Assembly (NCBI GenBank): GCA_016748015.1
Contig: JAAOMT010000152.1
Coordinates: forward strand, 1 to 19,668
Direction: 5' to 3'
Length of the DNA stretch: 19,668 nucleotides
Origin: Geosiphon pyriformis uo1
Lineage: Eukaryota; Fungi; Glomeromycota
Of this stretch, positions 1-10,311 are shown one piece after another; the first letter of the stretch is position 1, and each line of letters opens with the position of its first letter. Both the position numbers and the translations under genes were made by a program. The notes under the pieces are model-generated. The model searched no databases. It was given only the letters and a program-made list of their open reading frames with translations, and was not told where the DNA came from.

Positions 1-2377
1 CCACTGTCTAGAATCAGTTTGATGGCCTGTCCATTGATCTTGGCATCAGTGTACATAGCAGTGATAGGTTTTGTATCAAGGGCAGTTCTACTAAAGAGAG
101 GAGTTTCAGTTGGTCTCTCGATTTTGAAAGAAAAAATGGCTGCTAACAATTCATCATTTGTGATGGTAACTGAAGGTATGTTGTTATTAATTGTTTGCCT
201 TGGGGAGGTTTCCAGGTTGTTGTTGATCAAGGTATTTTCTAAGACAACCAGAAGACTTAAATAGTTCTGGGAACTCTGATTTTGGTTGTACCCATTTTCC
301 GAATTCTTAGAACGTAATCCTAAGACATGGTTGGATGAACTAGAGATTGGTTGATGTACAACCATTGCTGATCTCCAGTTTTGCTAAACAATTTTCAGTC
401 TTTGGTTTCCAGGTGACGTCTGGGTTGGATGGTGTGGTGGGGTTTGAATTTGTTGTGGCTGATATATCACTTGTGGCTGTGACTGGTAGATAATTAGTGC
501 TGGGATTTGGTATATTGGTTGTTGTGCTATTTGAGTGTAGTATAGTTGATAGTGATTTTGATTTGAGTAGTGGTTTGGAGTTTGAAATCTGCAATCAGAG
601 TTTCGATTTTGCTTCTCCGATCATGAATTATTGCTATAACCTTAGCAGCTAACTTTGATGTAACCTTGTTTATCACAATTGTAGCAACTATGTATCTCTT
701 GCTGCCACAGCTGATTGGATAATGATGATGAAAGACGCGACTAATTTTGAAAATGATTCATGTTTTCTGAATTATTACATCATTGTGGAGGCTGATAAAT
801 TGCTCGATTGTTAGCTAAGTATCTTTCTAGTTTTTGATTAATTGAATCATTGAATTGTTTCAATTTGGAATTCAATTCAGATGATCTATTTATTACTAAA
901 TTTATGGCTTGAACATGGTTGGTTTCGAGTTCAGCTGTTTCAAAATCTCTGATGTTTGTAATGGTGGCTTGAAGATCTGCTGGGTGCATTGGATATACAC
1001 ATTGGAGAATGCTACTGTGTAAGCCTTGAATGAATTGATTTAGGATTTGTGGTACTGTGAAATAATCAGCTTGTATGGCCTGAATTTGGCACAGATTTCT
1101 GTGGAAGCATCCTAAGTAAGTAGTGACTGCTTCATTTTCTCCTTGCTTGATGGTGGTAAAAGTATTTGCCAAATAATTGATGCTATTATTATTACTAAAG
1201 TATTGTAAAATGCAAGCTTGAATGCATTAAAATCTTGGGGTTTGTTGGCTAGGCTTTGATATTATAAATCGGTGGTATCTTGGAGAAAGTAAGAAATGGC
1301 TTGGAGGGCTTTCACATTATTCTATCCATTTGTTGTGATGGCTTTTTCAATGTTGTTGAGCCATATTTGGGTGTCGTCTTCTTTGCTGGTAAACTTTTCA
1401 AGTTTTGCTATTGGAGTGTAGACCATTGGATCCAAATTCAATTGTTGTGGTTGTGGTTGTTACAATAGCTGTTGAAGTGGTTGAAGCAGTGGTTAAATAG
1501 GTTGTTAAAGTGACTATGGTGGAATTGGTTCCAGTATTGGTACAATTGGTGGCTGATTGATAACAATTATTAAAGGTAAGTTTTCTTGATTAATTAATTT
1601 GGGATTTAGATTATTCAGAGTTTGCTGGGTTTGAATGTTCAGGGTTTTAATTTCTGGATTCTCTGTAATCAAATTCTGGTAAGTAAATTTCTGATCTTTA
1701 GCTTCTTCTTCTTCCTTCTCTTCTGATTCTATTATTTCTCAGGGACTCATGTTTCCAAAATCTGGTTGAAGTGGTGGTAATCGGAAACCTAATGGTGTTG
1801 GCAATCATAATTTAAATCCTTCAAAATATTCGTTATATGGTCCTAGTAACTCTGTTTTTTTTTGTTTACTTTGGAATGAGAATCATCTAAAGATTGATGT
1901 TGTGTTTGATGTGGATGTGTCTACTGATGATATATTAATGGCACTTCTTAGTGTATAATGATATGATGGATTGGTTGGTGCTTTAACTCTGGTTTTCTTC
2001 CAAGTGGGTAGTTGTATCTTTTTGGGTGTTACCACTGGTGTTTGCAATCTTTCTTTGCCTTTGTCTGCGTAGGTGATAGGGAATTGTTGTTGGGTGTACC
2101 TTTCAATGGTTTAATTGATTTTCCTGATGATTGGTGTAAAACTGTGGTTTCTTGGTAAGCTGGTATGTTGAAATAATTTTGTATAGAAATTTTCTCTTGT
2201 GAATTCAATGTTAACTGTTTCTCCTAAGCAGTCTGTGATTTTATTGTTGATGTAAAAGTTGAAGGCTGATTTCGCTGGGAAATAGTTGTTGTTTAATCTT
2301 AACTGTTGGCTGTACTGTTGAAACAAGGATTTGGCAAATCCTAAATGGTTTGCTCCTATGATTTCTGATTCTGCCAC
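1..2377 (-). pseudogene. gag: Decayed gag-protease of element C (N-terminal extension, capsid-like domain, zinc knuckle, protease N-terminus)
   Basis: Peptides AESEIIGANHLGFAKSLFQQY; MVYTPIAKLEKF (ATG at 1426); NTFTTIKQGENEAVTTYLGCF (retrotransposon gag-like QxxxExVxxY motif); CYNCDKQGYIKVSC. Many in-frame stops. Confidence 0.85.
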
Positions 2378-2420
2378 TTTTAGATGATTGTTGTTGGTGC
2401 TGGTTCTCTGTAAGATTATA

Positions 2421-2437
2421 CTTTACAAGAAGCACCA
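2421..2437 (-). promoter_or_regulatory. Primer-binding site of element C (mutated)
   Basis: TGGTGCTTCTTGTAAAG lies 2 nt after the LTR end and is homologous to the PBS at 14040-14056. Confidence 0.8.
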
Positions 2438-2439
2438 AA

Positions 2440-3329
2440 TATTATAGATGATTATTTGGGGTCTCAAAGCAAATAACAAACTCATAACTTGGTGCTTAAT
2501 TGATAACGTTAGTAATGTCTAAAGGTGTTTCAATCGAAAGGTTTTGATTGGAGTTCTTTGTATAATGGACAGAGATGCCCGTGTTATTTTTTCTGTAGCT
2601 TTCTGGAATCACAATTCTGTCAATTTCTTTCTTAATGTGGTGGCCAGCAATTTTTTGAGAAGCAATCCATAATTTTTATGCATTCTATCCATTCACAGAA
2701 GTTTTTTACCAGACAATCCTTGATGTTAATACTTAGCACTTTAATCTTCAATCAATTAGTATACCCAACAAAATAAAAACAAAAAATAAAAGAGATAAAG
2801 AAAATAAAGACAAGAAGCCAAGGCAATACAAGTTAGTATCCTGTCAATAGCCATGATTAAGGGCTATTGTTCTCGTGTGTTTTAAGTATTAATTACTATC
2901 ACTATTTAGGGTTGATAGCAAACAACTGAATTTGAAATACTAAATAAGTATATTTATTGATATTTTAGAATGTTATGGTTTCTAATTGGAGAATGGTAAC
3001 TAAGAAATTTTTTTTTCTCTCTTCCTTTCTTTTGCCTCTAATGCTACTACTATATATATGTATTTTCTAGTTTTACAGAATTGCTTTGAATCATCTGTTT
3101 TTGCTAGCTATTACTTCATTTTTCTTATATTATAACTAATTAGTCTATATTATAACACATTATCTGATGTTATTACACATTATTCTATGTTATCTCATGT
3201 TATAACACATTATTCTATGTTATAATACATTATCCTATGTTATTGTGTGTTATTCTATGTCTCTTCATGTTTTGTCATGTTTTTCTTCAGGTCACCTTTC
3301 TTTGATAGGCTTTCTTTCTTCAAGTAACA
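2440..3329 (-). repeat. LTR-C, 5' LTR of element C (~890 bp)
   Basis: Starts TGTTAC at 3329 on the minus strand and ends TAATA (mutated TAACA) next to the PBS. Its R/U5 half is homologous to LTR-A and LTR-B. TATA-like box near 3050-3058. Confidence 0.85.
3150..3260. repeat. Degenerate tandem repeat in LTR-C U3 (taacacattattctatgtta-like units)
   Basis: Recurring acacattattctatgtta and tatgtta units are directly visible. Confidence 0.85.
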
Positions 3330-4561
3330 CCAGCCAGAGCTCCTGATTCTTTTCCAACACATCCTCAATTACTGATTCAATTGCAAAAATAGAAGACTGA
3401 GTTGTCATACCCTTTAAAACCAAAAAATTGTCTCTATGAAGAATGTCAAAAGTGCTGTACACCAAAGAAATCCTATCAGAAAGTAATTTGGAAAGGATTT
3501 TACAAGCCATCTCAATCAAAGCAATAGGGCAGGTATTTGTAAGAACACCCTCCCACTTATATGGTTTAGGAATCATCAAGACCCAAACCTCTTTTTAAGA
3601 TCTGGGCACTAATTTGCAAAAAAGACAAAAGTTTAAAAGTACCAAAAGCATATCCAGAATTGACTTATCACAATGTTTCCAAAGCTCATTTATAATACCT
3701 GAGAGATCAGCAGCTTTGCTATCAGGCAGATTGGAAATCACATTAAACAGCTCATTAAACTTAATTGAATGCATTACACCAGAAAAGGCCTCATTAAAAA
3801 CATAATTTAATGGCTGATATTGATAAGACCAAACATCAGAGACATCAGCAACCACACCACACTTCCTGGTCTATTCTTTCATAATAATGTCCACCTTAGA
3901 CTTAACTGAATCAGGCTCCAAAATAAGCTTGTCATTAACAACCAAGTGATTCAGAACCACTTTGTGGAAAGGACACTCTAGAACACTCTTGATAGTATGA
4001 CCCTTATTTGTTTCAAAGCTTTCTATCCTCTTATTTATAGCAAATCTGACATTTGCCTCCTTAGTCCTCAGAGATTCAGTAAGCTTGACAGCATGATAAA
4101 ACTTTCTAGCACCAAAAAGAGCAGAATGGACATGACCAGAGCCAGTACCAAAGTTCATAACTTTCTGAATGACTAAAGCCTTAATATTGTCCAAAGAAAA
4201 TCAGCATCTTATAAGAAAATCAAAATTTACAATATTCTTCTCATGTGAAGCCTTGACAATTCTAGAGATCAAAAGCTCCAATTTGTAAAATTTTAAAGAT
4301 TCCTTGGTAAAAACATTATCAAAGCCTTTAAACCATTTCTTCTTAAACACCTCATTAGCTAAAAGAACTATTATTTTGCAAATGACATTCCACATCACAT
4401 CCAAATCCAAAAATTTTGCAGAGGTGGCAAACTCATCTAAGAACATTGCAGCATTAGCTGATATAGCACCTTTGAAATTGTCCCATTTATTCTTGTCAGC
4501 ATCTTTGAAATCAAACTTCCACCAATCCCTATTTGCTTGCTTGCAAAGGGAATTCAACCAC
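3330..4561 (-). mobile_element. Non-LTR retrotransposon (LINE) ORF2 fragment: linker plus N-terminal part of the RT, pseudogenised
   Basis: Four ORF pieces lie in one frame. LPDSKAADLSGIINELWK matches KAPGxDGxxxE; IPK...LTNTCPIALIEMACKILSKLLSDRI matches RPIxL...KI; LEKNQELWLVL is cut just before the DxxKAYD motif. Bounded by LTR 5' ends on both sides. Confidence 0.88.
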
Positions 4562-4810
4562 TGTTACTCATAGAAAGAAAACAAATATAGGGAAATAGTA
4601 GACCAATAAGCGAATAGTATATAGCATGTAAGCACATTGCTCAGCAATGCGGAGCAATGTCAAAAAACATGGCACATTGCTCAGCAATGTGGAGTGATGT
4701 TAGAAATTAGGGCACATTGCTCAACAATGTGAGCATTGCTCAAGAAATCATACCACATTGCTCGGAAATGTGAATGATCTCATAGAACATAAATTATGTA
4801 TATATAGTGG
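4562..4810 (+). repeat. LTR-D: truncated plus-strand LTR (U3 to TATA box) of a related family
   Basis: Begins TGTTACTCATAGAAA (LTR-A begins TGTTACTTATAGAAA). Ends AATTATGTATATATAGTGG, the same TATA segment as LTR-A 5406-5424 read on the minus strand. Confidence 0.75.
4632..4772. repeat. Four ~40-bp-period units with palindromic core CACATTGCT-C-AGCAATGTG
   Basis: Cores start at 4632, 4672, 4712 and 4753. Confidence 0.9.
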
Positions 4811-5660
4811 TGTTACAGGGGATTATTTCTGCTGTTGAAGTAAATAACAACTCATAACTTGGTGCTCGTGAAGCTACTTCTGTTGATGAGGTTCTGTGAG
4901 TGTTGTATCTGAAGGTTTTGATGGAATCCTTTGTATAATAGACAGAGATTCAATAGTTGTTTTATTCATAGCTTCCCAGACTTGCAAATCTGTCAATTCT
5001 TTTCTCGGCTTGGTGGTCAGCAATCCTCAGGTAAGTAATCTGTATCTTTTGTACATGTCCTACCCTTTTGCAGAGGTCTTTTACCAGGCAATTCTTAATG
5101 TCAGTAATCAGCGCTTTTTAATCAATGAGTTAGTGCACAATAATAAATCAAAATAAAATAAAGAAAAATAAGAGAAAAATAAAAAAAAAAAAGAAATAAG
5201 CCAAGGCAATTTGCAGATTAGTATCCCATCAATAGCCGTGATTAAGAGTTATTGTTCCAGTATGGTTAAGTATCACTTATTATTAACATGAAGTGTTGAT
5301 AGTGGAGAGTGGATTGAGATATGGAATAATTATTTATTTGATGATTTTTGTTTCTAGGCTAAGAATTCTGTGGTATCAATTCTGTCTTTTCTGTTTCTAA
5401 TACTACCACTATATATACATAATTGAGATTCTTCAATTCCTCAATTCTTCACGACAGGAATCCTGGAATTTCTGGAATCCTGCGATTCCTTTGAGAGGAA
5501 TTCTGAAATTCTGGAATTTTGCAATTCCTCGTCAGGGAATCCTGAAATTCCTGGAATCCTGCAATTCCTAAGAGGAATCCTGGAATTCCATATTTACTAC
5601 ATTTACTTCTGATTGGCTAATAATTATGCTAATATATTTCCTATATTTCTATAAGTAACA
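4811..5660 (-). repeat. LTR-A, 3' LTR (850 bp)
   Basis: Termini TGTTAC...GTAACA. Homologous to 14059-14896. PPT adjacent. Confidence 0.93.
5425..5590. repeat. U3 tandem array of GGAAT(C/T)C(C/T)TG-like units in LTR-A
   Basis: Repeated ggaatcctggaattc and gcaattcct units. A shorter version is in LTR-B (~14695-14818). Confidence 0.9.
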
Positions 5661-5663
5661 TTA

Positions 5664-5675
5664 TTCCCTTCTTTT
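5664..5675 (-). promoter_or_regulatory. Polypurine tract
   Basis: AAAAGAAGGGAA lies 3 nt upstream of the 3' LTR start on the minus strand. Confidence 0.8.
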
Positions 5676-5679
5676 AATA

Positions 5680-6357
5680 TTAAGCTCTGTTAAAATCCAA
5701 CTTATATAATTCCCCCTCTTAAAGTATTTCCTGGATTTTGTTTTTGAGAATTACTTGTGTTATTTGGGTCTGTACTTTTTCAAATTGAGCATTGGTGATT
5801 TTTCCCAATTAATTACTGGTGACCATATCAATTGCTTTGTTGAGCAATATTTCTGGTTTATCCTGAAATGCTGTGTGTATTCGGTATATGGCTCGGGCTT
5901 GTGTAGATAAGTTGTTCTTTCCCACAAAATGTTCTAATTGTTGTAGTATTCTTTTGTCGAATAATCACTTTGTTTTATCTATATATAGATTTTGGATATT
6001 TATGTATTGTCCCAAGTAAAAATAACAATAGTTTTTTGGAAATTGTTGTATCCACCAATTTCAAGTTTTTTTAGTCAACTCTTGATATAGTGACTCTTTT
6101 GTCGATTCTTTTATTGCTAATTTTACTTTCGCCATGATTTTGTCTACCGTATTTTCAGTTTTCTTTGGTGTTCTGAGTTGCAATGTCTTTTTAGTATCTT
6201 GATATCAAATGGTTTGTTGGTTGATTGTAATCTCCATTTCCTAATGTTGGATTAATTGAAAGAGTTGTTGTGCTAGTGTGTGAATGTTGTCTGTAATTTC
6301 TATTTTTCTGATATTTCCTGTTACATCTACCATGTCTTTATATATTCTTTTAATTGA
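5680..6357 (-). pseudogene. Decayed ORF or C-terminal extension of unknown function, in frame with integrase
   Basis: Manual translation in the integrase frame needs no frameshift: ...MVDVTGNIRKIE...NWWIQQFPKNYCYFYLGQYINIQN...QARAIYRIHTAFQDKPEILLNKAIDMVTSN*LGKITNAQFEKVQTQI. It has six internal stops. Confidence 0.6.
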
Positions 6358-7740
6358 TCAATTTAACGTGTTGTTGTTAATAATAACTATTGGTTCCAGA
6401 TCTTGTGGAATCTCATCTGGTTGGACTAGTATTCTCTGTACTCCTAATTGTGGAATATTACTGATAGATGGTAGTATGATGTTGTGATATAGCTTTAGTC
6501 GATCTCCATGTGCTGCTTTGGTTAAAATTTTGTTATCCAATCTTAATTTGTAAGCTCTATTTCCTAAAATTTCTTCTATGTGAAATGGTCCATCCCATTT
6601 GGGGTCAAATTTTTCACTCCATTGTTTTTCCGCTTTGGTACGATGTAGTAATACTTTGTCTCCAATCTTAAATTCAACTGGTTTGTTTGGTAGTTGACTA
6701 TTGTGTCTTTTTTTCTGTTTTTCTTGTGACTTTTGAATATTATCAGCTGCTCTTCTTCGTTTGTTTTTCAATGTTTCTATTAAGTCATATGTTCTTCTCA
6801 GCAATGTTTTTTGAAAATTCTCTTCTGTTATTAGTTCAGCTAGATATGTATTAATTTCTTTCTCTACTGGTAATGTTGCTGTTCTACTGTATACTAATTT
6901 GAATGGTGTTGCTTGTGTAGTATCTTGCTTTATTGTCTGATAAGCAAATAATACTGATGGTATAAACAAGTCCCATTCATCCTGGTTTTCTTGGCTGAGT
7001 TTGGCAATTGTTTCACACAATGTTCTGTTGAATCTTTCGACTAATCCATTGGTTTGTGGATGGTATAGTGATGATAATGGTCTCTTAATTTCGAATCTTT
7101 GGCTCAATTCTGTTAATGTTCTGTTTACAAAATGAGTTCTTTGGTCTGATAATAATTCCTTTGGACATCTGTGTTGACAAATTAAATCTTGATGAATGAA
7201 TTCGGCAATGAATTCTGCATCTGCTCTTTGAATTGCTTTCACCTCTGGCCATTTAGTAAAATAGTCCATGGCTACTATTATATATCTGTTTCTTCTGCTG
7301 GTGATTGTTAATGGTCTGACTAAATCAATTCCAATCCAGTTGAATGGTTGTTCCACTTTGATTGGTCTTAATAGTTCTCTGAGTCTTGTTCCTCCTCTTT
7401 GCTGACAAGCATTACAATTTTGAACATATTGAATGATGTCTGGATATATTGATGGCCAATAGTATTTTTTTCTGGTTCTTTCCATGGTTGCTTCTTTGTG
7501 AAAATGTCCTGCTGTTGGATTTGAGTACATGTTAAATAATATTGTCTCTTTCTCTGGCTTTGTAATTACTCTGGTTGGCTAATCTAGATCTCTCCTATTT
7601 TTCTGATAAAGTATATTTTGGTGAGTAATAAAATATTTTGATTGTTGTTTGATTCTCTTTCATTCTATTTAAGATAAATTCTTCTTAAACTGTTGAGTAT
7701 TTATATAATGTTGAAGTTGTTGATATTTTTGTATGTTCAT
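6358..7740 (-). pseudogene. pol: Integrase (HHCC, DDE core, GPF motif); 6358-7530 is still open
   Basis: Zinc finger (H>Y)SNPTAGHF...YYWP...CNACQ; IGIDL; LLSDQRTHF; NGLVERFNRT; KWDGPFHI. Confidence 0.95.
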
Positions 7741-7809
7741 ATTTTGTTATTTTTCGTTGGTATTGTTCTGGTTTTGTTATATTTTTGGGTTGAAATGTTC
7801 TTAGATTTG

Positions 7810-8229
7810 TCTTATTTGTGACAAACTGTCAGCATTTCTGTTGTCTTTTCTTTTTTTGTAATGTATAGTATAATTGTATGGTATGAGTGCCATTTTTCAT
7901 CTTGACTGTCTTCCATTTCCAAATTCTTGTTTTTGGAGTGATGTTAATCCCTTGTGGTCTGTGTATACTTCAAATTTTTGGCTCAAGTATTCTCTCCATT
8001 TCATGACTGCCTAGTATATTGCTAAGTGTTCTTGTTTCAGTGTTCCATAGTTCTTTTTGGCTGGCATTAAACCTCTGCTGGCATATGCTACTGGATGTTC
8101 TCTGCCATCTGGTTTTCTCTGAGATAATACTGCTTCCAATGCTTGGTTAGATGCATCGGTGGTGATGATGAATGGTTTGTTGTAATCTGGATAAATCAGT
8201 ATTGGAGCTTGAATAAGCTTTCTTTTCAA
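7810..8229 (-). pseudogene. pol: RNase H (Ty3/Gypsy type)
   Basis: FIITTDASNQALEAVLSQ; HPVAYASRGL; NYGTLKQEHLAI; FEVYTDHKGL; NRNADSLS. Confidence 0.95.
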
Positions 8230-9130
8230 AATGTCAAAAGCTTCTTGTTGACTTTCTGCTCATTTATATTTGATATTCTTGGTTTGCAGTTGGTTGAGTG
8301 GCTGTGCTATTTTGGAAAAGTTCTTGATAAAACGTCAATAGTAGCTGGTAAATCTCAAGAATAATTTCAGTTCTGTCATATTGGTCAGCATTGGAAAGTT
8401 CTTTACTATCTCTATTTTCTCTGGATCTGTTTTGATGCCATCTTTGCTGGCTATGTGCCCCAAGAATTTTAGCTCTGTCTTGCCAAAGAAGCACTTTGTT
8501 GCATTTAACTTTAGCCCTGCTCTTCTTAGTCTTTCGAACACTTGTTGAAGATAATGAAGATGATCATCAAATGTTTTTGAGAATATATTGGTGTCGTCAA
8601 GTATATAACTACTAATTTCCACAATAAGCCAGTATAGATAATTTCTATTAGCTGTTGAAAAGTGGCTGGTGTATTGGTTAAACCAAATGGCATTACTTTA
8701 AATTCAAAATTCTCTTTTCTCGTGGTGAATGCCATCTTTTTTTTATCAACTAGATCCATGGCTACTTGCCAGTAACCACTATCTAAGTCCAACATTGAGA
8801 ACCATTTGTTTCTGCCAAAAGCATTGAATAATTCCTGTATCTATGGAATTGGATAGCTGTCTCCACGGGTTACACTATTGAGTTTCCTGTAGTTCACACA
8901 AAATTGGATCTTTCCATTCTTTTTATGGACGAGTACTACTAGTGATGACCATGGGCTCATTGATGGCTGAATTAGCCCATTGTCAAGCATTCAGTTTATC
9001 TCTTGACAAATAATCTCGTGGCTGACTGGTGGCACTCTGTATGCTCTTTATTTAATTGGCATTGCATCTCCAGTCTTGATCTGATGCTGGATGATGTCAG
9101 TTTGGCCAAACTCATTTTTGCTGGCAAAAA
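8230..9130 (-). pseudogene. pol: Reverse transcriptase with a 1-bp deletion at YLDD (~8601)
   Basis: SPWSSLVVLVHKKNGKIQFCVNYRKLN; LDLDSGYWQV; VMPFGLTNTPATFQ; Y/LDD; LKLNATKCFF; FLGH. Confidence 0.96.
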
Positions 9131-9630
9131 TGTCATTGAACTGATTGAGCAACATCTTGAGTTGCATACATTGGAGTGGATCTAAGTTTCCCATGTTTAT
9201 TTGTTCCAATTGTTCTGGTTGGAGCAAATAACATTTACTTTATCCGTATATTGTTTGTGATGTGATATTAACATATCCACAAAGTTGTGGAAAGTCTGGA
9301 ATGGGGTTTGGTAGTTGATTCTCCATTTCAGTGTTAAAGTATCTAATAATGGTTTCGGCTGGTATTTCTATGACATTTCCTGTATTGTTGTAGATGAGAA
9401 TTTTGATGTGGCTGTAATCTTTAGCTGGTATATGGAGATTGATAAGTCCAACTTCTTCTGATTCACAAAGACTGGTTTTTGCTTCAAAAATTTGTGCTTG
9501 GTCTTTTTCCTTCCTTTTTATTGCTAGCATGTATTAGTTATATGATGAAATAGAAATAGCTTGACCGGTTGAGATAATTTCTTCTTGGCCAATAATTTTT
9601 TCCTCCACCCTATTAACTGGTACATCTATT

Positions 9631-10030
9631 CTACCCATTGATCTGAATCCCTGTATTCCTCTCGCTGTTATTCCTAATTTCTCTCTTTTTCTCACTAATA
9701 CTAACTGAGCTACTCTAACCAGAGGCAAGAATATTGCCTGTGCTATCTTTTCGTTGGGCTCTATTATATAGGCCTTTTCTGAGTCATTTTATAGCATAGC
9801 GATGATATTTTCTACATATCCTGTGTCAATTATTCTTCCTCTTATATTAATCCCTCTTTTCGCTAAACTACTCCTAGATGCTAATTGAACCATTGTTGTT
9901 GCCAGAATTTCTAGTGCTACTTTCAGATCAATGCAGGTGCATGTATGTGGTTCCAATTTAATGGCTTCTGTTCTTGGATATCTCAGATCAAATCCTGCAT
10001 CAGTATCATGTGCACATTCTAGCATAATAC
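9631..10030 (-). pseudogene. dut: Trimeric-type dUTPase domain inside pol
   Basis: Motif 1 AGFDL, motif 2 RSSLA, motif 3 GRIIDTGYVE, motif 4 KIAQAI, motif 5 RGIQGFRSMG. One TAA at 9789-9791. In frame with PR and RT. Confidence 0.92.
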
Positions 10031-10311
10031 CTTCCCCATTGTTACTGTACCATTTCAACTCTTGTTCTTTGGAGAGATCTGGTAGTGCAATGTATTGTTT
10101 ATGGTTTAAATTGGAGTTTGAATCTGAGTTTGAATCATCTTTGTTGTCATTGTCATTTTGAACAGAGCTAGAACTGGTGTTTTTATCGTCGTCGTCGAAG
10201 TCTGGATCGTGATTGATCAGCAATTCTAATTCCGATACACAGCTGCTGATTGGTTCTTCTTCTTTAGGGATCATGTAGATTATGCATGGTGGTAGATTGT
10301 AAATGAGGTTA

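Larger units (their letters stand above)
1..3240 (+). repeat. Direct repeat copy 1 (matches 16429-19668)
   Basis: All ORFs recur with identical translations at an offset of 16,428 (340/16768, 780/17208, 1280/17708, 2111/18539, 2241/18669). The homopolymer runs I spot-checked have equal length. Confidence 0.97.
1..3329 (-). mobile_element. Ty3/Gypsy element C, 5' part (LTR, PBS, gag, start of protease); duplicate copy cut by the window start
   Basis: LTR 2440-3329, PBS 2421-2437, ORF1/gag fragments, CCHC remnant at 645-686, and IKLILDSG at 1-24. Confidence 0.9.

Noticed and set aside
2241-2438. Overlapping ORF MVLLVKYNLTENQH...
   Set aside because: It is less conserved between the two elements than the AESE frame and is interrupted by a stop in the other copy.
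4632-4772. CRISPR-like palindromic repeats with ~20-bp spacers
   Set aside because: The spacers resemble each other and the repeat, there are no cas genes, and the array lies inside an LTR U3 in eukaryotic TE DNA.
5425-5590. Heat-shock or STAT-type elements in the GGAA/TTCC array
   Set aside because: Only isolated TTCnnGAA or TTCnnnGAA matches occur, which such an array would produce anyway; no factor can be assigned.
5710-5720. Second polypurine tract AAGAGGGGGAA
   Set aside because: It is about 50 bp from the LTR boundary; the tract at 5664-5675 is in the canonical position.
5680-6470. env gene or chromodomain after integrase
   Set aside because: No signal peptide, transmembrane helix, furin site or Y(L/F)VKW chromodomain motif is visible.
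8590-8610. Programmed frameshift in RT
   Set aside because: It is a 1-bp deletion within YLDD with no slippery sequence, so it is an inactivating mutation or a sequencing error.
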